A stretch of 64,000 bases of DNA, taken from the NCBI GenBank assembly GCA_965285935.1, contig OZ260661.1, positions 101,680,001 to 101,744,000 on the forward strand, written 5' to 3'. The stretch is from Ophelia neglecta (lineage: Eukaryota). The translations under genes and the position numbers were made by a program. The notes under the pieces were generated by a model. That model was not told the DNA's origin. It did not search any database and saw only the letters and a program-made list of their open reading frames with translations. Positions 39,401 through 50,792 of the stretch are shown piece after piece. The stretch's first letter is position 1, and every line of letters begins with the position of its first letter.

Positions 39401-42148
39401 TGATAAAAATGTCAATGGACCCCCAGTATTAATAAACTCCTTCAGAGGCCATTTGCAGGCAATCACATGCTTAGAATACATCAATGGGAGAGACTATGTT
39501 GTTTCGTGCAGTTCAGACCGTTCAGTCAGACTTTGGTCAGTTTATGGACAATACATTGGCATATTTGGAGTGCCTTGGCAGCAACTGAGTGAAGACACTA
39601 CCAAAGGCAGCAAATTTTCCATGGCAAGTTTTGCATTATCGAGTGCGGATGGGGACAAAGTTGCGCAGAACATGATGAAGTTACCAAAACCGAGGAGCAG
39701 AGATGTTTCCAAACTACCCTCAGACGTGAGAAAGGTGGCATCGGCTACCACCTTGAGGGTGATGTACGGTGGCCTGCGACCGAATTGGAAACTGGCTAAG
39801 AACATCGTTCTGATTTGGATCCCGATGTTGAGACATAAAAGGAAAATGGATTTGAGGCAGTTCCTTAGCATGCGCGAGAAAAACGAAGAAAAAGAGACAG
39901 AAATAATGCCGTCTATCATGGATCTTAGTTTCGACCCCAAAAATATCCTCGGAAAGTCATTCAAATCCAACCGGAAGCACAAACCGTTACCCAAACTGCC
40001 TGAAGTCCGTATGTTCCAGTCTCAGGTAGGCCTAATAGTGAATGCTTTTTCCGTTCATTTATTCTATTGTTTAACGTTGTTGGCCTATTCAGTGAAAAAA
40101 AGCGCGAATTGGAGCACAGGGCCTTTTAAAACTGAAAATCTCCCATATAGAGTCACTATATACTATATAAAAATAACAAGGGAACAGACTCCTGCATTGG
40201 GCCCGACAGGCATCTCTCAGCTTAAAGCCCGATATTTTCAAAAATTCAACACAATCCTCAACTTTCACTGCACAAATCTGTCCTCAGGTAATAATACTTT
40301 CAATAAAACACAATAAATGTCCAGTCAAATCATATAATTTTTCTATACCAAGCCTCAAATGGAGCTATTTACCCCTATTTTGACAAGGACAACATCTACC
40401 GGGCACATCCACACATCCACCACTCACCAGTAAAATGCCCCTTCAGCTGCAGTTCCTTACGTTCCTTGCCCCTGGCTGTAGGCCCTGGCCCATAATCCTC
40501 TACTGCTTGGGGTTGTCATGCCCTAAATAGTTTCACATTTGCCAAAATGAGACAAAATCCTGACAAAATCGTCATATTGAGGTACTTTCAATTTGTTTAC
40601 ATTCGTCAGCATGCTGGATGTAACACCTGCTGTGATTGGCTAGCTAAATAAATCATTATTTTTCTGCCAATCACAGCAGGTGTTACATCCAGCATGCTGA
40701 CGAATGTAAACAAATTGAAAGTACCTCAATATGACGATTTTGTCAGGATTTTGTCTCATTTTGGCAAATGTGAAACTATTTAGGGCATGACAACCCCAAA
40801 TAGTGGAGGATAATGGGCCATGACTTAAAACCAGGAGCAAGGAACATATGGAACTGCAGCCGAAGGGGCTTTTTTCTGGTGAGTGGTGGATGTGCGGCCG
40901 GATGTGCCCGGTAGATGTTGTCCTTGTCAAAATAGGAGTATATAGCTGCATTTGAAGCTTGGTATAGAAAAATTATATGATTTGACTGGACATTTATTGT
41001 GTTTTATTGAAAGTATTATTACCTGAGGACAGATTTGTGCAGTGAAAGTTGAGGATTGTGCTGAATTTTTGAAAATATCGGGCTTTAAGCTGAGAAGCCT
41101 GTCGGACCCAATGCAGGAGTCTGTTCCCTTGTTATTTTTATATAGTATGTAGTGACTCTATATGGGATATTTTCAGTTTTAAAAGGCCCCGTGGTATAGG
41201 CGTATAACGAAATGCGAACAGTGAAGCAAAAGGCGTATCCTTATAATAGGCCTAAGTGAAGCCCTATGTGCATCGTTAAACGCGCATAACCAGATGGTGA
41301 AGCAAAGCACGTGCACCGTGTAGAGCGCGCATTGAGAATAAGGGCCCATTGAGAAGTGATGCGGGAAGGGCGACTAGATAAGGGACTGGAACGAAGCACA
41401 GTTGAAGGGCGCGCGGAATATTGTTAAATCACTGTAATTCTGGTACCTGTGGAGTGGCACTATTTATATGGGCAGAAGGGTCGTAGTATGGGTCGCGGTG
41501 GATGGGAGGCTCCTGAAGCGAAACATTTTAACCTTCAGGCTAAATATAAAGTCATCTGTAAACAGTGAAACATTCGTTACTTATAATTGTGACATTCCCA
41601 AAACTGCAAAATGTGACACATGATAGACGTCTAGGGGAATTTCGGTCCAAAATCATCTCGATGATGCAGAGAAAATGTTTGTATTTGAATAAGCGGGAAC
41701 ATGTTAATTCACCTGCGAGCCGTGAACGGAGTTGTGTCAAGCCAAATTTCAAGCGGTTTTTTATTATGGATATTTCCGGTTTCGAGTGAATACAGCAGTC
41801 ACTTATCCCTCAGATTCTTCACTTTCCTTTTTTATTCGTTTCTCCCGTCTGTAGGTAGACGCGTATTCTTCTTTACCGTGCCATGAGCTAGCCCCGACGG
41901 ACCAACCCTGCCCGACGCCACCGATCGTACGAGAAATGCGGGAGACACAGAAAGCTTTAGAGAGGCACAGGAAAATGCAATATGGTATGAACAAAGCTAA
42001 AAATTTTGCAAAACTATACAAAAACAGTCGGTCGAAAGGGGTGTTTCCAAATACACAGGCACTGTCAAGGAGTGGGGGAAGCAGCTTGTCCACAAGTAAT
42101 GCCAAATGTAAAGGAGCAACGGAAAGCATCAGTTTCATTCCCCGATGA
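36474..42148 (+). CDS. EFCAB8: EF-hand + WD40 repeat protein, EFCAB8/WDY/WDR49(CFAP337)-like, ~1281 aa; exons 36474-40025 and 41855-42148
   Basis: Two N-terminal EF hands (DEDGGGGLDMDE, DTNCDGTVDWDE) and many WD40 repeats (TGGKDTVVRVWN, SGGADSMVCVWD, TGARDGTVRIWN, GH...SCSSDRSVRLWS). The phase-0 donor CAG|gtaggc (40026) joins acceptor ctgtag|GTA (41855), giving QVDAYSSLPCHEL... in frame with ORF 41936-42148. AATAAA at ~42337. The exact paralog within the family is uncertain. Confidence 0.8.
40115..41193. mobile_element. Foldback / long-TIR non-autonomous DNA transposon (arms ~526 bp, 25-bp spacer) in the WD40 gene intron
   Basis: 40115-40640 is the reverse complement of 40666-41193. The inner ~130 bp match perfectly. 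Termini are CACAGGGCCTTTTAAAACTGAAAA...TTTTCAGTTTTAAAAGGCCCCGTG. No clear TSD. Confidence 0.85.
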
Positions 42149-45100
42149 AGTACAATCAGAACAAAGTTTTGCAATTTTTCCCATTAATTTGACATGGATT
42201 TGGCTATTAAGACAGACCTATAGAGCTCTAGTGTTTAGTAACTATCTTGTATATCTTAACTCATAATAAGCCACAGGAATAATGTCTTCATAAAGTATAT
42301 CAGGTCTACTGTTGACATGTCATTTATATGTGAACTAATAAAGATACATTAATTCATATATGCAATATTTTAATTGATAGTCAGCATTGCTTTAACAGAA
42401 ATTAGAGAGCGTTCAATAGTCTTGTAAAGAGTAGTACTTACAAATAAAATTCACTACTGTACTACGTCTCCTACTTGTGTCTTTCACACTTTGGAATTAG
42501 AACATAATATTCTGAAGTGAGGATTAAAATTTATGTTATAGTAGTATTAAGTTTTAGTAGTATTTAATTTATAAATCTAATTCTAAACGGCTAACTTATA
42601 GTCTATTAGTTTGTTTGATTGGCTAATACGTTGTAAGAAGTTGCAGTGGTCTGGGCGGGGGAAAGGGTTTGTGTTAGTGTTTATAAAATGAACTCTAGGA
42701 ATACTCAGCAGGGAGTATAGAATGAGGGGAGAACACATTCACATAATTTATTTGGCCGTGTGTGTACATCATTTTCTAAAGATACTAGGACTTATTTGTT
42801 TTGTTTTTGTCCTAGTCCTTTAGATAGGTACATGGCAATGTAAAAAATTGCATAACTTGCATGTGTACAGGGACTGTTTTCCATATGATAAGCCTTTGCT
42901 AATAGTATGTGTGGAATAACCAAATTTATGTGAGTAAAAGACAATGTTAAAGTCAATGCCATGGAAGTTGCCAATAAGGCAACAACAGTTTAGGTATAAA
43001 AATAGAGTTCCTTGTGATCTGGAAATTATAATTGGCCAACAGGCGGCATGGCAGCTGAAGAAGAAAGAAAAGTGGCCTCCCTTCGTTACTACTACGAGCT
43101 ATCATTTTCACCGTGTTTGACCTAAGATGGTAACGCGCGCTGCCACAATACGAAATTAATCACTGAAGGGTGCAATTAAAATGCCTCATCATTTTACTTT
43201 CTACGGTGTGATTTCACAAGTATCATGTCCATATTTTAGAAAGGCTTAAAAAACTCTAATGTCTTCAGTCACCACGGGAGGGTCTTATACAAATGTCGCA
43301 TTTGCTGTCAACTTGGGACGGGATTTCCAATGGTAACACGGAGTAATTAATCAGGAAAACGTGAAAACGTTGTACAGTCACTATTGATTTCAAGGTTACT
43401 CGTTTGATGAGAAGGAACTTAAATCCAGTCTTAGCCTAATCTAAGCCTGACATTACCTTACCGGAGAGTTACCTGAATCACTGCTAACGTTGTAAGCATG
43501 ACATTGTAGTTACGTTTTTCACAGTAGGCAGGGTATAGGAGGGTAAGGGATTGGACCAATTCAAAGAACATTTATAAAATTATGAGATATAAAATACTTA
43601 TTTAATTGACCTTGTACGATACGTTCCATTAGTGTTAAAAACATGAAAATAAGGGAAATGTATCTTTGATTTCATTGGCTATGACCCGCATGATTGTAAT
43701 TGCCGTTCATAACCAAGAAATCATTGTTTGAATGGTCACTGATTTTCATCAAATATTTAAGAGTGCCTGCGACGGGACCAGTTGGAATTCAAAGACATAA
43801 GTACAAGACGGTCATTTCAATAAATGCGGTTTTTAGAAAAATATTACTCACATTACATATTCCAATTTTGATGTTCAATAAATCTGTCAAACCTATTACT
43901 CTGATGAGGGGACTGTTCCGACCACAGGCCATTTTTCGATGCCCATGTCCTATCTTTCCTATGTTAATGTCCCTCTGATGTCTTTCTCGATTAAAGCTAG
44001 TAATTAAGCTTTTTTTAATGTAACCCAATGTAGTTTTCTCAAGCCAATTTTGCATAGAAAGCGGTTAAAACCAAACCTAAATGATCAGAATTATCACGCA
44101 TTTAGTTAATCATAAAATCGAAATATTCACAGACGTACATGTATATGACTAGGTCTATACTTCTATTTCTAACATAATATATTGGAGTAGCAGCATAGAA
44201 ATGCAATTGTCTTTTATGTACTTTAGTTAGTTGGGAATTTTTATACTGCTTATATTCACATGCGATACAGGCGCTCTGTTATTAGAATAGGCCCGGCTAT
44301 ACGCCAAAATATTCAATATTGCTGTTTTCTGAATGAGCATTAGATGCTATTATGTTTGAATTTTTACGTGTTTTCATATACACCAGGCTAGTAAAATGTC
44401 ATGAAAAAACATGGCTGTGTATGTTTAGATAGTTTTGCAGATCAACGATTTCCGTGTAAGGCAGGTATTGCCCACAGTTAACCTTTTTTTTTATTATGCT
44501 TGACTTGGTACTCAACGAATGTTTTTATATAATGAGTTTAGAATTTCAATTATTATGGTGGCTTGTATGGAAATCAAATGACCCCTTATAGCATTTATAA
44601 GTATAGAACTGACAGCATTTTGCCGTAAACTGCTTGAATATTTTCCAATGTGGAACCCTGAATTCAGTCAGTAGTAGTCTAACATTTTCGAATACGGCTT
44701 TTGACAGGTTGTGTTTTATATCGTCCGGGACGAATGAACTGTAGTACACTTTAATAGTGTATTGGTACCCATTGCGTTTCAGGGTAAATATTAGTCAGTA
44801 CAGTCTCTATTGCAGACTCTTTTGTTTCCGTTATTTGACTAAAATGAATTTTTATTTTCATTTATTCATTTCCATTATTTTATTATTCAGGAAATGTTTT
44901 AGAAAACTGTGCTTTTTAATCACCTACTTTTGAAGTAAACTTGTTTTTACATGAGTGTGACTTATTTCACGATTTTAGTCCACATAAAAACATTCACCTA
45001 AATATTTTGTTATCAGAATCAATTCCTCCCAGCGCAGTTTTATTCCAATTCCCATTTACCGTAACTACAAGAACATTCAACTGAACATGTTTTTGCTAAA

Positions 45101-46407
45101 TCAACTTGTATTAGCAAAGTTTTATTGTTCGAATTGTGATTTAGATACACATTTTATAATAAAGGGCTTAGGCCTACAAAGTATACCATGTCATTCATAG
45201 CATTGCAACAAAAACTGCAACTCTTTTGGTGGACCTTTTATTCGTTGTTTAAATATTTGTGTTTTCAACAGTACTTTGCATTAGTTATCTTCCTGAGACC
45301 ACTGAGCAGTTGGTTAATTTCACAGACAAACATATTTCCTATGCTAGATTATACTATCATACTGCGCACAGCAAAAACAAATTGGCATTGTAGGCAAATA
45401 GTTCCTGTTAATATTGGCCTAAGGTGATATGGCCTACGTGCACATGCCTTAATAAAACATATTATTTACAACGAAGGAACCCGAACAAAACGTCAACATT
45501 ATAACAATTAGAATTTGAGTTACAATTTCGACATATATGTACATATATCTATCCTAAATACAAAGAATCTTACACCCCTCCACCACGGAGCACATCGACT
45601 GCAGTCACCCCATACTTTATGATAAACCTCAAAATATAGCGGAGTGTCTTATAATTTCTCTTGCTGTTTTACTCATACATTGGAATCTTGTCAATATGTA
45701 ACAAACTGTTTACATTGCAATTGTATCCTGTTTTCCGAACGCGATGGATCTTTGGAATATGCAAAACATATGTCAAATTTAAAATGAGAACGATATCTCA
45801 TTTAGAGACTGTTTCGTTTGCAGAAACCGTCCATGATTTTATTTTCAAATACAGCCAAGGGTGGCATTAAACTTCTTTTAACAATATCACAAGGTACATA
45901 TTGTGCTAAGAAAAAACATGCACTCGGTTACGGAAGTATCAAGTCCATAACTGAGCAAAGCCTGGCCTATGTAATTATGCTGAAATAGGTCGGCCTGCCA
46001 TGAATGATAACGGTAAATGCAGTTAACTTGCTCATTAGAGGGGTATGATATGAATTCGACTGTCTAGTCTACCCACTTAGGTATAAACAGCACGATACAG
46101 ATAAAGTGTAAATCACCTGAAATGGAAATTACCCTGCCTCAAGACAGTTGGAATAGGAATTACAAAGTGCCCACAAACATACTGCTTAATGCTTGTCAAA
46201 TACAACAGATGAGATGAGACCTGTACAAGTCATATTCTAAAACGACATGTTTGTGCCTGTGTGACAATGTATAGCAGAATCATGGCACACAGCCTGACAT
46301 TTTCGTTTTTTCATCACGAGGACGGTCCTATTGACGGAGATAAAGATGAAATGTTACGACATACAGGACACCAATAATATATATACACCGGTATACACAA
46401 CACACGG

Positions 46408-46482
46408 CAATATAACACATTTCAATATAACACATTTAAATATAACACATTTAAATTTAAATAATTTCAATTTAACACGTTT
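46408..46482. repeat. 15-bp minisatellite (caatataacacattt) x~5
   Basis: Direct tandem copies, decaying toward the 3' end. Confidence 0.75.
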
Positions 46483-46874
46483 ATGATGGCTAGACCTCAG
46501 GCCAGTCAACTTTCAAGAACACCACATTGGTCGGGGAGTAGGGGGGGGGGGGGGGGGGGGCTACTGTGACATTGAAAATGTTACATGTCCGCCCAGACAT
46601 ATCCCAGGGTAGGCCTAATATTTCATCATCATTGACAACCACATTTGAAATTTCAAAAAACCCAAAAAATTGAAATTGTTGCTAGGATTTCCGCTGTAGG
46701 TTTGAAAAAGCCATGTGGCGCTGCCTATAATGAGAAAATATATCCTGCCACGATTTCAATATATATATATATATATGTATACTACTATGACCCCTGGCTG
46801 CCAAATAGAACCCATAGACCCTGTGTTCAGTGATGACGGTGACTATATCAGTGCTATTGAACCAACTTTTTTTG

Positions 46875-46977
46875 GGGTTGGGGATGTAGCACAATGGTTA
46901 GAGTCGCCGGTATCGCTGGGCTAGGTGAATGGTACCGCAAGGGTTGTGGGTTCGAGTCCCAACCAGGTCACAACCAC
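46875..46977 (+). mobile_element. tRNA-derived (SINE-like) element / tRNA pseudogene
   Basis: Pol III A box tagcacaatgg and B box ggttcgagtcc. It folds into a cloverleaf-like structure with an oversized 16-nt anticodon loop. Confidence 0.6.
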
Positions 46978-47796
46978 ATTTGAATTGTCATTGTAATAAA
47001 CATTTCAAATTCATGTATGGATTTGAAAATATTGGTATCAGCATCGTGTAGATATCAGACCGGTCAGTATTATATTGTTTAAACTAAACAGCAGTAAACA
47101 ACTTTATTCCCTTGAAACACTGTATTTTAAAAGGGATAAATAGTGATGTTAGAAGTAAACTTGAATAGTATTGCTGACCAGCTAACTCTGCTCCTGTCAC
47201 TTTTTAAAAATCTGAAATATTGTGTATGAAGGTAAACAACGTGAAACCTCATGACCTAATCAATAGACCTCATGCGCCCTATACTTCAAGAATATATTTA
47301 GGACGATCAACATTTCATTTAACCAGTCAACTCCCACTGTTCCAAAATTTCCCTACTCCAAACCATCCCCCAACCCACCCTCTATACTGCCTCTCCATAA
47401 ATCTCTTCCAAATTTACATTCCTTTTTGGACCAACGCAGATTTAATACAACCGCCCATAAGCATAGCTGAGAATTTCGCCGAGTAAATAATTTATGTGAG
47501 AATTCTAGCATTTTTACTCTTCAAAAATTACCATACCTGCAGCTTGACCGATGCCATCATGGAAGCTAGAACATTTAAGCTTAGATCACGTACAAGATAC
47601 TTGCAAGATATTTATATTATGATGACGTATTAGTATGCAGACTGTATATCCATCTCACAATGTAAACGTTTGAACTCTAGGAACTCTTTAAACACAAGTG
47701 GTATTTTCAACATGCCATGGACACAAAACGTCTTTTCTGCCTTTTCAAACCAATAGGTCAGTATACAGCTGTTGCCATTTACCCATGCAACTGTTC

Positions 47797-48786
47797 TCAC
47801 TGCGTAGTGTCTTCTGTAGAATTGGCCACTGAGTTGAATTCCAGATTAAAGGCCCACTGACGGTGACGGGCAATACATTGAAGCCAGCAATGGAAATTGA
47901 GCTTCTGGTTTTCTGTAAACCAATTACTGCCATAAGCGGTTGCCACCAACATATGTACACCATGTTCATATTTGTTACCGCACCTTGCATAGTTTTCATA
48001 ACAGCGTCTTATGCAGTCGAAGATTCGGTCCCGTTCGATGTAAGGAGGCTTCTTCTGGAGAAACCTAGAAATCAGGCAAGCTAAACTGGCTATAGACTGG
48101 GGACTATATCCATATTCATATTCAGGGTCAAAAATGGCGTATTGTTGTTCCACAATGTGCTTCCGTTTATCCTCTAGCTCCTCTTTGGCCTTCTTCAGCT
48201 CTCGTTCTAGTTGTTTGTTACGGATGTCAGCGATATCCAAGTCCCGTTTAAGGCGCCTGACGTGTAGTTCTAGTGTAGAAACTCGGCTGACAAGTTCCTG
48301 CGGATGCGACTGGGACTTCCTGAGCAGGGCGAGCATGCGGTCTCGACTTCCTTTTTCGCCATCTTCTCCGACCGCTGCCGCGATTGCCTCGCAAGACAAA
48401 TGGTGCTCGGAAAGCGCCTGCCTGTTAAATGTTTGTAAGCAGCCAGTACATTCTACAGGTGCGAAAGGGCAGGTGTCGCTATGGGCTTTTATTTCTTCTA
48501 ATCGTGTGATTACTTTGCACCCCCGTGGTCCGTAGAGACAGCGAGTATCCATTGCATTTACCAAGTTTCGAATGGCGCGAACTGGTATAGCATCATCAGC
48601 GAATATTCTACCACGACATTCTGGACAGGAGAGACATCCTGGCTTAGAGAGCCATGTATGTAGGCAACTCTTACAAAATGAGTGCCCACAAGGGGTCAGA
48701 ACTGCATCCTCCAAAACTAGGCTACAAATACCGCACAATAAATTCTCATCTATTGAGCTCACGAATTTCTGCAACCCATATCCCAT
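47797..48786 (-). CDS. RING-HC E3 ubiquitin ligase with TRAF/SINA-type zinc finger and coiled coil (RNF41/RNF151/PDZRN-like N-terminus), 329 aa, single coding exon
   Basis: MGY...LLCGICSLVLEDAVLTPCGHSFCKSCLHTWL...CPECR is a C3HC4 RING. It is followed by C..GPRGC...H...CPFAPVECTGC...H...C zinc fingers, a heptad coiled coil and a ~110-aa C-terminal domain. Confidence 0.9.
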   Translation of the reverse strand: MGYGLQKFVSSIDENLLCGICSLVLEDAVLTPCGHSFCKSCLHTWLSKPGCLSCPECRGRIFADDAIPVRAIRNLVNAMDTRCLYGPRGCKVITRLEEIKAHSDTCPFAPVECTGCLQTFNRQALSEHHLSCEAIAAAVGEDGEKGSRDRMLALLRKSQSHPQELVSRVSTLELHVRRLKRDLDIADIRNKQLERELKKAKEELEDKRKHIVEQQYAIFDPEYEYGYSPQSIASLACLISRFLQKKPPYIERDRIFDCIRRCYENYARCGNKYEHGVHMLVATAYGSNWFTENQKLNFHCWLQCIARHRQWAFNLEFNSVANSTEDTTQ

Positions 48787-50792
48787 GATTCAACATCAGT
48801 GTAGCCTTATTCTGAAATCACTCCATCAATTACAGCTCTCCGCATCATTTCCTCGCTGTTTTCCGGTTTTCTCGGTTGAGCCGCGCTGGCCAACCGGATA
48901 TTAATATGAGCTGTAGCACGGAAAACGCACCAGGCCGCGGCACACAGGTAAATTCTCAGATACAACACCCCCAATAGCTCATTATGTGAGCTCGACTGAC
49001 ATTAATCACTATCGATGGTCTCCCTTGTAATATGTTGCACAAGGGATTACTACCGTAGTACGCAAGATACCAGGTGTTAGCAAAATGAAGAACCACCTAA
49101 TTATTTATAGTATTTATACGATTTCGGAAACGTGGTGGCCCTTCACAATATGCACCTATATGCAAGTACTCCACTCCATTAGGTTCAGGTAGCACTGCGC
49201 AGCGACATGCAATCAGAACAAATTAATGTATGCTTGGGATGAATTCGGACTCGGAGCAGCTCAGAGCTTCATCAATATTGTATTCAGTGCATCGCGCTGA
49301 CTATCCAGGTGAGGTCAGGCTGATGTTACTGTGGCGCATGCGTTCATTTACCTGTGTTTCTTTGACAAGATAGCCCCTTGGCGTTGGTTTGTCTTTAATC
49401 TACCCATTAACCTACTAGATTTGATCAATCTTTTTTTGGACCAAAACTTGCAGCCATTTAGCAGATATATATCAATATAAGCTTTTGGGCATACTTTTAT
49501 ATGTTTGCCATTTCCGTTAGGCGTGCTCTGTTTCTTTAGCCCAGGGTTACCATACACTAGACAATGGTCAGATGCCAAAAGCTTACTACACACAAATTGG
49601 CATTACACCCAATAGGCCTACAATACCCATTTTTCAACTGTTCAGTTGTGAATGACTTGCGTGCTAGATGGGCGATTCTCGTCCATTAATATATATGAGG
49701 ACTCCAGACCCCCCCCCCCCCCCCGACGTTTCACACGCAGGTTTATGATTTATTTGATGGTACCCTGGATTTCCAGATTATCATAACTTGCACGGTCGAC
49801 TTCACTGATTTTGAGGAAAGGGTTCCCACATGGACCAAACTAGTCCATGGCGTCGTTTATGTTTAGTTTATCGATTTCTATCTATAGAATAATGGCCTAG
49901 TCACTATCAGATCACCTATTGAAGCTTCACATTTTTCTCCCTCCCTGCAATGATTCCATGCGTGCCTGCCAGTTTTATGTACAAACGTCGATTGACCCTC
50001 TACATCAAAGTCCCCTGGGGGCCTTGGCTTCATCTCACCTCGTGCATTCCTTTAATTAGTACCCGTGCATGCTAAGCGCCAAGAACTCGAACTGAAAGCT
50101 GATGCTACAGGAGAGAAATGCAATATTACATGGACGAAAGTCATGTAAATTGTTGTTTAAAAATACCTCAAACATAAAGATTCTGAGGTCGTTGACCCAT
50201 CCGTATTTGTGAATTTTTATCAACGACAAGTCACTGAAATTCTATCCTATTCGTGGTAATAAATAACAAGAAAGTGTGATGGATGTCTAGCATTTTAATT
50301 TTTTTCTCTTTTTTTCATTTAATAATATAAAACTTATCGCCTGATTCCATTCTTTGGCAATACATCATATTTACATAGAGAACGATAAGAGACGTGCTTT
50401 GATTGAATAACATAATCAAGTTATTGTCTAACCCGCTACTTTTGCGTCTAAAGCTTAATCAAATAATTCGATACTGAATGAGTAATGCATGAATTAATAA
50501 CACGTACATTTTAACTCTCATTGCATTTATCATGATTTATTCCATTTACACTTTATCACGTCATCCATTTTGATAAAACTATCATAAATGAGCATGTATG
50601 ATGTACTATGAACTCCTGCAACAACATAATAAGGGGCGTCGCCAGGAAATAATGACCAACCAATTATACATACAAAATCGATCATTTTTGCAGAAAACAA
50701 TAAAAATAAAATTGCCCTCATGAAAGATGAAGATAAAGTACACGATGAATAAACACGATGCCATTATGGTTAATGTTAGGTCGTCTGCTAGT

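Noticed and set aside
36462-40316. 1284-aa ORF as the complete protein
   Set aside because: The last ~97 codons are intron/foldback sequence. A spliced exon at 41855 supplies a more plausible C-terminus.
43901-43950. Hammerhead ribozyme core (ctgatga)
   Set aside because: No GAAA after stem II and no closing stems.
46875-46977. Functional tRNA gene
   Set aside because: The acceptor stem is imperfect, the anticodon loop is 16 nt, and no T-run terminator follows directly.
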